Below are positions 41,686 to 54,313 of a stretch of 64,000 nucleotides of DNA, in pieces. Origin of the DNA: Ylistrum balloti. Taxonomy: Eukaryota. The number at the start of each line of letters is the position of its first letter. Within the stretch, counting starts at the first letter, position 1. Under the pieces are notes generated by a model. That model searched no databases. It was not told where the DNA came from and worked only from the letters and a program-made list of their open reading frames with translations. Location of the stretch: positions 62,001 to 126,000 of the forward strand of contig NW_026782411.1 of NCBI RefSeq assembly GCF_031769215.1, read 5' to 3'. The translations under genes and the position numbers were made by a program.

Positions 41686-42893
41686 GGTAAGAACATGTTC
41701 GTGATATCTTAACCGGGTAAGAACATGTTCATGATATCTTATTCAGGTAAGAACATGTTCATGATATCTTATTCAGGTAAGAACATGTTCGTAATATCTT
41801 AACCGGGTAAGAACATGTCAATGATATCTTAACCGGGTAAGAACATGTTCATGATATCTTAACCGGGTAAGAACATGTTCATGATATCTTAACCGGGTAA
41901 GAACATGTTCATGATATCTTAATCGGGTAAGAACATGTTCACGATATCTTATTCAGGTAAGAACATGTTCACGATATCTTAATCAGGTAAGAACATGTTC
42001 ATGATATCTTAATCAGGTAAGAACATGTTCACGATATCTTATTCAGGTAAGAACATGTTCACGATATCTTAACCGGGTAAGAACATGTTCATGATATCTT
42101 AATCGGGTAAGAACATGTTCACGATATCTTATTCAGGTAAGAACATGTCCATGATATCTTAATCGGGTAAGAACATGTTCATGATATCTTATTCGATATC
42201 TTAATCGGGTAAGAACATGTTCATGATATCTTAATCGGGTAAGAACATGTTCATGATATCTTAACCGGGTAAGAACATGTTCATGATATCTTAACCGGGT
42301 AAGAACATGTTCATGATATCTTAACCGGGTAAGAACATGTTCACGATATCTTATTCAGGTAAGAACATGTCCATGATATCTTAATCGGGTAAGAACATGT
42401 TCATGATATCTTAACCGGGTAAGAACATGTTCATGATATCTTAATCGGGTAAGAACATGTTCACGATATCTTATTCAGGTAAGAACATGTTCATGATATC
42501 TTATTCAGGTAAGAACATGTTCATGATATCTTATTCAGGTAAGAACATGTTCGTAATATCTTAACCGGGTAAGAACATGTTCATGATATCTTAACCGGGT
42601 AAGAACATGTTCATGATATCTTAATCGGGTAAGAACATGTTCATGATATCTTAACCGGGTAAGAACATGTTCATGATATCTTAACCGGGTAAGAACATGT
42701 TCATGATATCTTAACCGGGTAAGAACATGTTCACGATATCTTAACCGGGTAAGAACATGTTCACGATTTCTTAACCGGGTAAGAACATGTTCACGATATC
42801 TTAACCGGGTAAGAACATGTTCACGATATCTTAACCGGGTAAGAACATGTTCACAATATCTTAACCGGGTAAGAACATGTTCATGATATCTTA
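41686..42893. repeat. Tandem array, 30-bp unit (GGTAAGAACATGTTCATGATATCTTAACCG), ~40 copies
   Basis: 30-bp period; nearly every unit carries the palindrome GAACATGTTC. Confidence 0.98.
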
Positions 42894-43080
42894 GTCGATT
42901 TCCGTTCCCGGGTCAGACCTCTGCCAGTATAATGTATACGGGTGTGGTGTCACGTTGTTCAGGTAGTGATGACATTACAGTGTGATTGCACTGTAAAAGA
43001 CTGAGTGTCCCCTTCATCCGTGGGCACTCGTCGTCAGAACAATGATCCTAAGTATTTATTTAACGACCTTTTTGGCATTT
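42894..43080 (+). mobile_element. Degraded tRNA-derived SINE body/tail (MESC-like mollusc SINE), 5' truncated
   Basis: A B-box-like GATTTCCGTTCCCGGG is followed by GGGTGTGGTGTCA...CAGTGTGATTGCACTGTAAAA...GGCACTCGTCGTC...AACGAC. This follows the remembered layout of mollusc MESC-type SINEs; not database-verified. Confidence 0.42.
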
Positions 43081-44186
43081 ACGGAAGTTAGCAGAAAAAA
43101 TATTTTATCTGTCCATCGTTTTACTATTTATCGCGTTGTTGTAAGTTATATAAAACTTTGCCTGAATACCGACTTATGCACGGGTCGCTAAAATTCTGTG
43201 ATTTTAATGCGTGAGGAATTGAGACTAAAGATCGCGAAAATAAAACACAAAAATAAAATTGCTGATTGTCAAAACCCTTCATAAGATATATAAAAAATAA
43301 AATGACACTAGATACTTTGAAAGATATCATTTGACTTTGTACTGGATCAATATTTTTCAATCTAACACTAAAAATCGTGATATAAACTTAAAGCAAAGCC
43401 TCCACTACAACATATCGAACTTGCAGTGAGATAAGTTTTGTATCCACCTAGACAATTTTAGGGACACGTGGCGGCTAGTGCTGATTTAAGACAAATCATT
43501 TCAAGAATAAACGATATCAGTCCAATGTTCGTCGTGATGGTACCACTTGGTATATTTGCGATTTTAGCGCATATTTCTGCTTTAGCTAACCACAAAGAGG
43601 GACTCGTGCCTGGTAAAACTTGGGCGAGGCGAACATGTGTTATCTACTAGTGTACGATCTCATGTGAGATAAACTAGAATGGAATTTAACCTGTCCGTGT
43701 TGGCGCGAGCTCTTCCTGAACGCCAACACCATGGAAAATCCCAATCAGATAATTGTAAGTCGTGTTAATCCCGCTGACAAATTGGCGATACCGTAAAATG
43801 AATTTTGGTGTGAAATACCCTCTCCTGGCGACACAGCAAGCACGCGTCTCGCTTGAACTGTGTATAGAATGCATTGCAATAGAAAACATGTCGTCTGCAT
43901 CTGCAGCGATACGAACCTATATGCAGTATTACATAACATATGTTAGCGATACAGAAAGTATGAGGTAGTCTGTTAACGACTAACTTAAGTGTCCAATATG
44001 TGTTATTTCTACATCAGTACGGTACTGTCTGAGACAACTCGTCGGTAATCTTCGCCGACCCCTTCAGCTTGTTGTAATCCAAGCTTGTCTTTTAACCACA
44101 ACGTGAAAAGTGTTTCCATAGCTCAGCATATATGCTATACATCACCATTACTTGTCATCAAAAGGATTGGTTATTATATTGTCCCT

Positions 44187-45330
44187 AATGTCGGAGGGAG
44201 TGGTAGGGGTTAGGGGTTAGGGATTGGGGGAGAAGGAAGGGGATAGGGGTTGAAACACGTAACCGTTATCGAAGGAAGAGGGGAGGGATGGTAATATTTA
44301 CCTGTTGTCGGAGGAATTGGGGCTGGGGGTTGATAACACGTACATGTTGTAGGAGAGGACCAGGAGGGTGTTGGGTATGGTAAGATGTACCTGTTGTCGG
44401 AGGTAGAGGAAGGGGAAATGGGTGGAGGGTAACACTTACCTGATGTCGGAGGTTGAGAGAGGGGATTGGGTGGAGGGTAACACGTACCTGATGTCGGAGA
44501 TAGAGGGAGGGGGATTGGATGGAGGGTAACACTTACCTGATATCGGAGGTTGAGAGAGGGGATTGGGTGGAAGGTAACACTTACCTGTTGTCGGAGGTAG
44601 AGGGAGGGGGTTGGATGGAGGGTAACACGTACCTGATGTCGGATGAAGAGGAAAGCGGTAACACATGTACCTGTTGTCGGAGGTTGAGAGAGGGGATTGG
44701 GTGGAGGGTAACACTTACCTATTGTCGGAGGTAGAGGAAGGGGGATTGGGTTGAGGGTAACACGTTCCTGGTGTCGGAGGTAGAGGAAGGGGGATTGGAC
44801 GGAGGATGAGACTTACCTGATGTCGGAAGTAGAGGGAGGGGGTTGGGTGGAGGGTAACACCTGATGTCGGAGATAGAGGGAGGGGGATTGGATGGAGGGT
44901 AACACTTACCTGATATCGGAGGTTGAGAGAGGGGATTGGGTGGAAGGTAACACTTACCTGTTGTCGGAGGTAGAGGGAGGGGGATTGGATGGAGGGTAAC
45001 ACGTAACTGATGTCGGATGAAGAGGGAAGCGGTAACACATGTACCTGTTGTCGGAGGTTGAGAGAGGGGATTGGGTGGAGGGTAACACTTAGCTATTGTC
45101 GGAGGTAGAGGAAGGGGGATTGGGTTGAGGGTAACACGTTCCTGGTGTCGGAGGTAGAGGAAGGGGGATTGGACGGAGGATAAGACTTACCTGATGTCGG
45201 AAGTAGAGGAAGGGGGTTGGGTGGAGGGTAACACGTACCTGATGTCGGAGATAGAGGGAGGGGAATTGGATGGAGGGTAACACGTTCCTGGTGTCGGATG
45301 AAGAGGGAAGCGGTAACACATACCTGCTTG
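44187..45330. repeat. G-rich tandem array, ~49-bp unit (GGGAGGGGGATTGGATGGAGGGTAACACTTACCTGATGTCGGAGGTAGA), ~23 copies, with a 374-bp higher-order duplication
   Basis: The variant GGATGAAGAGG.AAGCGGTAACAC recurs at 44641, 45015 and 45296, with matching downstream variant order. Confidence 0.95.
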
Positions 45331-46448
45331 TCATGACTGTCAGCACAACAGTACGCCACGCTAAATCCTTACAAACAATACAATTGATGTGATATAATGA
45401 AACCTGGCACTATATTGCGAAGTCATTTTTTATTATTTTTTTACCGGAAGTGATAGTGATCGTGAATCAATTTGCAGTCATGTTGTCTAGATTATTTCTC
45501 ATTTTCCTTTAGTACGTAGCTGCATTATAGAAGTTCAAAAACTAAATAGGATGAAATTTAAAGCAAGAAGAAAATTGTGAAAGAATAACTGGCCTCAACG
45601 GAACTCATTGTTATGCATATCTTATTACGGGGTTTAGCGTTCTCGAAAAAGCCAGGGGGTAATATGCAGACGGGTGTCAAAAGGGACACAAAGAGAGGGA
45701 AACAAAGTAAAGTAGAGAAGAAATAGATAAGGAACGAAAGAATCAAATTTCATGTATTGCAATTGGAGGCAGAAGGTCTGTTTTGGTCTCTTCAATGCCT
45801 CAATGGCAGAAGACATTGAAGAATTCCTAAGATTCTGCATTGTTGTCATTTGTAACCACCTACTACGATTTCTTGTACTTCCCGCCGTTTACCACACGCA
45901 ATAAGATACAGTAACTTTTGTTTGTGTTATACCATTATTGATTCCACAAGCGTAAACAGGTGCTGGCGGAAGTAGATGGGCGTGGAAATACAGTTACCTG
46001 GCTAAAAGCCGAGTAGTGTGTCCTGTTCATTGCCAAACTTTACACATTTCACAAAAGTGTAAACGATTTTAATTGGAGTGGAATACAAACGCAGCTTTGT
46101 TTACATCCAGTAGTGGCACAGCAATGCGGGACATTGCTACTCTGCCTAATAAACATTTCAATGGAAGCCAAACTCAAAACATCCGCCATCGTTTGGAGGA
46201 TCCTTCAAACTTTTCATTCTGCAATTTTATTTCAGGTGGAAATTATACAGATACAACACGGACGTAAAGTGGATCCAAATTGGCTTTTAACCGATTATAT
46301 CACATAGTTACGGAATGTTAGAGTATACAAAAGTCAATATCCTCCAAGGTATTCAACAAATGTATAAGGGTTTTCCGTTTTTCGAATTCCTAGTATGATC
46401 TGAAATAGAAAACAATGATAAACATGTATTTAGTGCAATCAGTATGAA

Positions 46449-47178
46449 TCGTTACAGAGAACAATGACACGACCTGTCTAATTGTTACAGAGAACAATGA
46501 CACCACCTGTCTAACTGTTACAGAGAACAATGACACCACCTGTCTAATTGTTACAGAGAACAATGACAACACCTGTCTAATTGTTACAGAGAACAATGAC
46601 ACCACCTGTCTAATTGTTACAGAGAACAATGACACCACCTGTCTAATTGTTACAGAGAACAATGACACCACCTGTCTAATTGTTACAGAGAACAAGGACA
46701 CCATCTGGGTAATTGTTACAGAGAACAATGACACCACCTGTCTAATTGTTACAGAGAACAATGACAACACCTGTCTAATTGTTACAGAGAACAATGACAC
46801 CACATGTCTAATTGTTACAGAGAACAATGACAACACCTGTCTAATTGTTACAGAGAACAATGACACCACCTGTCTAATTGTTACAGAGAACAATGACTCC
46901 ACATGCCTAATTGTTAAAGGGAACAATGACATCACCTGTCTACTTGTTAAAGGGAACACTGACATCAACTGTCTACTTGTCAAAGGGAGCAATGGCATCA
47001 CCTGTCTAATTGTTATAGATAACAATGACATCACCTGTCTAATGTTAAAGAACACAATGACATCACCTGTCTAATGTTAAAGGGAACAATGACATCACCT
47101 GTCTAATCGGTAAAGAGAACATTGATATTACATGTCTAGTGTTAGAGAGGACAATGATATCATCTGTCTAATATTTAA
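46449..47178. repeat. Tandem array, 33-bp unit (AATTGTTACAGAGAACAATGACACCACCTGTCT), ~22 copies, diverging rightwards
   Basis: 33-bp period; source of the 11-aa repeat ORF 46390-47055. Confidence 0.97.
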
Positions 47179-48820
47179 CAGTGGTAATTGTAACAAAATT
47201 TTCAAGTACATCTTTTCATCGATATTTAATGTTGATTAATTATGAGAAAAGACAAAAAAAATGACATGAGTTGGCAAGGGAAGACAACTCTGACTCTATT
47301 GAGGAAGGCCAATGATATACTAGTTGTGAGATCGTGACTGATAATGTCACACTAGACTTTAGTACCGATGGCTGGGTACATCGCCACTCATCTCCTATCG
47401 GTTATCAACACACGAGAAGCGTTTTTTTTCCTACTAAAATATCCGTATCACTCGGGTACACCACTGTCGCTCTGTCTTGTAAAATATTACAGCCAAACCC
47501 TTCAGATTAATTTTCTTTCAAAATTTTAAGATTTATATGCGAGATATATCCTGGAACTGTTACGGATCACGCGCATTTACATGTGTTTATTTCTAGCCTC
47601 ATAACTCTCTGAGTGGTACCGAAGCCAGCACGCTACACTGAAATAGGATACATCAAAGAAAAAACGCATCCGTAACAACTCAAAAAATGCAACTTAGAAC
47701 ATCACAGAACTAGAAAACATATTTTCATAAAGCGATAGGTACGTGTTAAGTTGCTTCCAAAGAAATAATATATTACGAACAGGGATATAGATTACAAAGG
47801 CAAGAATGAGTGAGAGAAGGCAATCGAATGGGACCTGGCCCGCGTCCATCGCCATCAAGGTCAAGATTCGTCCTTGACCACGGCTTATTCTAATCTCAGT
47901 CTGCGGTACGCTTGTTGTACATTTCGCTGCATTGAATAAACGAGCTCTGTCGTTTGTTACAAGTTTTCGTGTTAAGAATGCATAAGACTTGTCTTCCGGT
48001 TTTAGTACTGCTAAAATTTGCGTCATCAATGATGGCTTTTCTGTTCAAATATGTTACGGAAACAGAACATTTAGTCCTGTCATGGCAGACAGAAATAAGT
48101 TGATGTATTTTGAACTACTAGTTTAGACAGAACTATTAGTTTAGACAGAACTACTTGACAACTGTTTATTTGTCCAACATACCTCGGAAACAGAAGCGTA
48201 CATAGTCATCTGCTGGTTAATGAAGGTAGACAGAAACATGTTCTCCTGGTCAAGATGGCGCCTATTGCGTGATATACCAATGGAATTGAAATGTGTTCCT
48301 GCTCAATAATAATTGCTATAATTGTCATACAGATGTATGAGACATGAAGGATGGCATAGATTAATACAGCTAGTTTTCTATGATTAAGTATTTCATGTAT
48401 TTACCACTATGTTTAAAACAATACGGAGAGTCTTTTATGTTTACAAAACAAGATTCGCACGGCTGTTGGTTTGGCAAGCAGTGTGAAAAACAACCCCTAA
48501 CATTTTTTTGGAAGAAAAGTTGATGTGAAACCATTCACAAAGACCATTTTTCAACCAGTCTGACTTTTTGTGTACTGAGGTACCCCCGTGCACCTGTCTG
48601 TATTAATGCGAGAAAGTTGTATCAGTTTAATTGATGATGTGGTTTAACGACTGGAAGGAATATGTTCCTCTTGTAGTTCTCACGTGCGTAACACTGAATA
48701 TTTAGAGCACCAAGACATTTCCTTAAGAAAGCGTACTTGGGATTAGAACGTTTATAAAAAATGTTGTCCATTGTTGACTGTAGAACCATGTAAAGTGGGT
48801 CTCTATTATCCAGACTGGTC

Positions 48821-50056
48821 ACTTCGTTACTTCATTATCCGGAGTCATCACTTCATTATCCGGACTCGTTACTTTATTATCCGGTCTCATTACTTCATTA
48901 TCCGGACTCGTTACTTAATTACGCGGACTCGTTACTTCATTATCCGGACTCGTTACTTAATTACGCGGACTCGTTACATAATTACCCGGACTCGTTACTT
49001 AATTACCCGGACTCCTGACTTCATTATCCGGACTCGTTACTTCATTACCCGGACTCGTTACTTTATTATCCGGTCTCATTACTTCATTATCCGGACTCGT
49101 TACATAATTACCCGGACTCGTTACTTAATTACCCGGACTCCTGACTTCATTACCCAGACTCGTTACTTCATTACCCAGACTCGTTACTTTATTATCCGGT
49201 CTCATTACTTCATTATCCGGACTCGTCACTTCATTACCCGGACTCGTTACTTCATTATCCGGACTCGTCACTTCATTACCCGGACTCGTTACTTCATTAT
49301 CCGGACTCGTCACTTCATTACCCGGACTCGTTACTTCATTATCCGGACTCGTCACTTCATTATCCGGACTCGTTACTTCATTATTCGGACTCCTGACTTC
49401 ATTATCCGGACTTGTTACTTAATTACCCGGGCTCGTTACTTCATTATCCGGTCTCATTACTTCATTATCCGGACTCGTCACTTCATTATCCGGACTTGTC
49501 ACTTCATTATCCGGACTCGTTACTTCATTATCCGGACTCGTTACTTAATTACCCGTACTCCTGACTTCATTATCCGGACTCGTTACTTCATTACCCAGAC
49601 CCGTTACTTCATTACCCGGACTCCTGACTTCATTATCCGGACTCGTTACTTCATTACCCGGACTCGTTACTTCATTATCCGGACTCGTTACTTAATTACC
49701 CGGACTCGTTACTTAATTACCCAGACTCCTGTCTTCATTATCCGGTCTCGTTACTTCATTATCCGGTCTCATTACTTCATTACCCAGGCTCGTTACTTCA
49801 TTTTCCGGTCTCATTACTTCATTATCCGGACTCGTCACTTCATTATCCGGACCCGTTACTTCATTATTCGGACTCGTTACTTCATTACCCAGAGTCGTTC
49901 CTTCATTACCCGTACTCCTGACTTCATTATCCGGACTCGTTACTTCATTACCCAGACTCGTTACTTCATTATCCGGACCCGTTACTTCATTACCCGGACT
50001 CGTTACTTCATTACCCGGACTTGTTACTTCATTATCCGGACTCTTCACTTCATTGA
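48821..50056. repeat. Tandem array, 21-bp unit (ACTCGTTACTTCATTATCCGG), ~59 copies
   Basis: 21-bp period; source of the 7-aa repeat ORF 48771-50135. Confidence 0.98.
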
Positions 50057-51816
50057 ATTATATTCGATTTGTCGTACACCGGATAGACTTATTTTCGCAC
50101 AAAAAAATGTTTACAGATTTAAACGCATCCTTTAACTTGGATTGAATCTGTAACACGTATCTATCGTCCAGACAGATCCCATGTGTTTAAGGTTCACATG
50201 TACCTTCACTGTAATGGTAGCGTATTTCAACCTTTTATATTTACGTTGAAAAATACGGAATAAGAAAATTATTTTGTCATTATAAGAAGTCCTTTTTTTA
50301 TTTGACTTCACTCTGAATGGTTTTGAAAAGCATATATTGGAAACTTTGAAGTATCCTTCCTATAACATTTCGAATAATGGATACAAATTTCTTTGACGAA
50401 AAAGATACGAATCTCCCTAACGAACAATCGTCCCGTTAGTCTATTAATACTCTATTTTTTTGTTTATTTTTGTTTTGGAAGTCACATCAGTTCGCCATTG
50501 CCATGGCGTAGTTGTTTGTATGTGACAATATCATGACGTAAACGTTATTTTTGTCAGCTTCTGGGATGGACATTCCCTCTGCCCTTCATAATGAGTAGGT
50601 GCACGATGTATAAAATCCTGTGGCTAGGATAATTGGAATCCCATGTGACCCCCAGGGGAGAGATGGAGGGAAGGGGGTACCGTGTACATACTCCCAATGT
50701 GCGGCGCACGTTGCACTCATGCTCACCCCACAGAGATAAGAGGATGGTTGTAACCCTCTCAAACTATCATCGGTAAGATTCATTGCTTCTAACCTGAGGG
50801 GCCCTCGGAGGGGGCCAAGAAATAGAACCGCGACAACTGGACAGTATTACTAAAAATGACCGTCTGATGAATACGTTTATTATATGTGATTCCTTGATGA
50901 TTTTTTACGAGTTAGTTGATGCTTATGGTTTAAATACAGGCCTTCTGTTTAATGTTTGAGATGAAGATGCACGCGCTGTATGTATCATAGGCCCAGCGTG
51001 ACTTCATACACAGGAAAGTTCCCTGATTCACCGGCTCGGGTTGCTTTAATACATACATAAACAATAGATGGCATTTCCGCGTGCATCGCACGCCCGATGT
51101 TTAGTTTGGGATATGTTTCATAATAACGAGGATGGTTTCAGTGATTCTCTCTATTTCTTAGTCAAACTTTCTCAGCTCATGCAAAGTACGTATAAAATAC
51201 GGCACCATTACTTTTACCTAGAGGATTAATTTTGTTCAAGTGTTTCTTGTGGATGTATATCTGTATGTATAGGATATTAACAGAGCACCTGGGTAAGTAT
51301 TTTTTTTCGATACGAACGAACTTTGAACAAGACACGAAAGATCTAACTGTAACCGATTTTGACAGTTTTTCATCATACACTGGACTGTGCTAACCGTAAG
51401 AATATATTGATACAGACTTTTTAGTACGTAATACGCTTTCTCATGTAAGTTACATACACGTGGCGAAAATGAAATTAAGTTTAGTGATGAAACAACATTC
51501 ATTTTTACAATTAGAATATCGTCAATTTTTTTTCAATGTGGATATGAGAACGAAATTAGAAAATTAGAAGCAAATCCCAAACACGTCCATTTATGTTACA
51601 AGGATATAATAATATACAATAAACAAAGTTTATTTATACTTTTCATACTTATCAGTACACAGACACAGATAAACTATTACGTCACCAAACCTAGTATTAC
51701 TAGGTGAGCATCATCAGCATTTTTCATCCTTTTCAAACCAAGAAGTACATTACCTGATTGTAAATGACGTAACTACACTTCCCTAATATGCCAGGTCAAT
51801 TAGTTTGATGGATAAT

Positions 51817-51862
51817 TATTATTGTTATTATTATTATTTATTATTATTATTAGTAGTAGTAT
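51817..51862. repeat. (TTA)n/(TAG)n microsatellite
   Basis: ATTATTATT...AGTAGTAGT seen directly. Confidence 0.9.
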
Positions 51863-51989
51863 TTTACCGGAATGTACGTGTTGTACACGTGTGCATTACA
51901 TTTTAGCATCGATCAAATCATCGGTAGACATATCATATTTACTCTCCTATTGTACCTTTCTACTTTAAATATGTAGAGAAATTTCTGTG

Positions 51990-53900
51990 GACGTACAGTG
52001 AAATGATGACGGATGTTTAAAGTGAAATGATGACAGATGTATACAGTGAAATGATGACGGATGTTTAAAGCGAAATGATGACAGATGTGTACAGTGAAAT
52101 GACGACGGAAATGTACAGTGTAATGTTGACGGATGTGAATAGTGTAATGTTGACGGATGTGTAAAACGTAATGTTGTTGGATGGGCAGATTGTAATGTTC
52201 ACGGTTGGATATTTAGAATGCAATTTTGACGGATGTTTAGAATGCAATGTTGACGGATGTTTAGAATGCAATGTTGACGGATGTTTATAATGCAATGTTG
52301 ACGGATGTTTAGAATGCAATGTTGACCGATGTTTAGAATGCAATTTTGACGGATGTTAAGAAAGCAATTTTGATGGATGTTAAGAATGCAATTTTGACGG
52401 ATGTTAAGAATGCAATGTTGACGGATGTTTAAAATGCACTTTTGACGGATGTTTAGAGTGCAATGTTGACGGATGTTTAGAATGCAGTGTTGACGGATGT
52501 TTAGAATTAGAATGCAGTGTTGATGGATGTTTATAATGCAATGTTGACGGATGTTTAAAATGCACTTTTGACGGATATTTAGAATGCAATGTTGACGGAT
52601 GTTTAGAATGCAATGTTGACGGATGTTTAGAATGCAATGTTGACGGATGTTTAGAATGCAATGATGACGGATATTTATAATGTAATGTTGACGGATGTTT
52701 ATAATGCAATGTTGACGGATGTTTAAAATGCACTTTTGACGGATATTTAGAATGCAATGTGACGGATGTTAATAATGCAATGTTGACGGGTGTTTATAAT
52801 ACAATGTTGACGGATGTTTATAATGCAATGATGACGGATGTTTATAATGCAATTTTGACGGATGTTTATAATGCAATGTTGACGGATGTTTAGAGTACAA
52901 TGTTGACGGATGTTTAGAATGCAATGTTGACGTATGTTTATAATGCAATTTTGACGGATGTTAAGAATGCAATTTTGACGTATGTTTATAATGCAATTTT
53001 GACGGATGTTAAGAATGCAATGTTGACGGATGTTTAGAATGCAATGTTGACATATGTTTATAATGCAATTTTGACGGATGTTAAGAATGCAATTTTGACG
53101 GATGTTAAGAGTGCAATGTTGACGGGTGTTTATAATGCAATTTTGACGGTTGTTTATAATGCAATGTAAGCGGATGTTTATAATGCAATGTTGACTGATG
53201 TTTAGAATGCAATGTTGAAGTATGTTTATAATGCAATGTTGACGGGTGTTTATAATGCAATTTTGACGGATGTTTAGAATGCAATGTTGACGGATGTTTA
53301 GAATGCAATGTTGACATGTTTATAATGCAACATTGACGGATGTTTAGAATGCAATGATGAAGGATGTTTATAATGCAATGTTGACGGATGTGTACAATGT
53401 AATGTTGTTTGATGGGCAGAGTGTAATGTTTACGGTTGTATAGTTTGTAATGATCACTGGTGTGTAGGCTGTGATGTTGACGGATTTTTAGAATGCAATG
53501 TTGACTGATGTTTAGAATGCAATGTTGACTGATGTTAAGAATGCAATGTTGACTGATGTGTACAGTGTAATGTTGACGATGTGTATTGTGTTATGTTGAC
53601 AGATGTGTACAGTGTAATGTTGATGGGTATGTATTGTGTTATGTCGACAGATGTGTACAGTGTAATGTTGACGGTGTGTATTGTGTTATGTTGACAGATG
53701 TGTACAGTGTAATGTTGACGGTGTGTATTGTGTTATGTCGACAGATGTGTACAGTGTTATGTTGACGGTGTGTATTGTGTTATGTTGACAGATGTGTACA
53801 GTGTAATGTTGACGGATGTGTAAAGTGTAATATTATAGGATATGTAGAGTGTAATGTTGAAGGATGTGTAGTTTGTTATGTAGACGGATGGATAGAGTAA
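51990..53900. repeat. Tandem array, 24-bp unit (AATGCAATGTTGACGGATGTTTAG), ~75-80 copies, with a ~47-bp dimeric subarray at ~53560-53830
   Basis: 8-aa repeat ORFs (HSKHPSTL) on the minus strand; dimer period 53653/53700. Confidence 0.96.
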
Positions 53901-54313
53901 AATATCTGTGATTGTGTTGAATACAATATGGAAGGACGTCTTTCTCTCTATCGTGCAACATAGGATAGTCCCATCCATAGCAACCACATAATCATCCTAT
54001 GAAGTATGTGCGAATATAACATCTGTGACTATGTTGAGATTTTTCAACTCCGAGACAACGTACCATTGTAGACAGTTGACTTCTAAGTTAATGTTATAGG
54101 ATGATTTAGAGCGTGATGTTTCAGTATACTTTATCCATGTCAACTACTGCATTTGAAATCAATGCAAAAATGCATTATAAGTTTAAGTTGGCGATATCAG
54201 TCGCCATCTTGATAAATTTTTTTTATTAAATTCTTTATTTAAAAATGGTTAAAAACGAGGATTTTATTTCTAATATTCCTGCGACTTATCAAGCGTTTCT
54301 TTTTTCATTTTAG

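Noticed and set aside
44206-44222. TTAGGG telomere-like sequence
   Set aside because: Only two copies inside a G-rich array; not an interstitial telomeric tract.
46390-47055. 221-aa ORF (VVSLFSVTIRQ)n, and similar short repeat ORFs at 10.7-12.4, 24.6-25.1, 33, 35.4, 44-45 and 52-53 kb
   Set aside because: All are read-throughs of tandem repeats.
47806-47859. Possible alternative first exon MSERRQSNGTWPASIAIK (phase 0)
   Set aside because: Weak donor (AAG|GTCAAG) and no other support.
48771-50135. 454-aa ORF (TRYFIIR)n
   Set aside because: 21-bp minisatellite; no synonymous bias and no supporting splice context.
51284-51292. Possible 9-nt microexon AGCACCTGG between AACAG and GTAAGT
   Set aside because: The acceptor lacks a pyrimidine tract, and such pairs occur by chance. 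Needs junction reads.
1-53900. Arrays superficially like CRISPR loci
   Set aside because: Units are contiguous with no unique spacers, there are no cas genes, and the context is eukaryotic with spliceosomal introns.
31085-54210. YY1-like CGCCATCTT/AAGATGGCG motifs at 31085, 48252 and 54202
   Set aside because: Short motifs that are also common in repeats; there is no independent promoter evidence.
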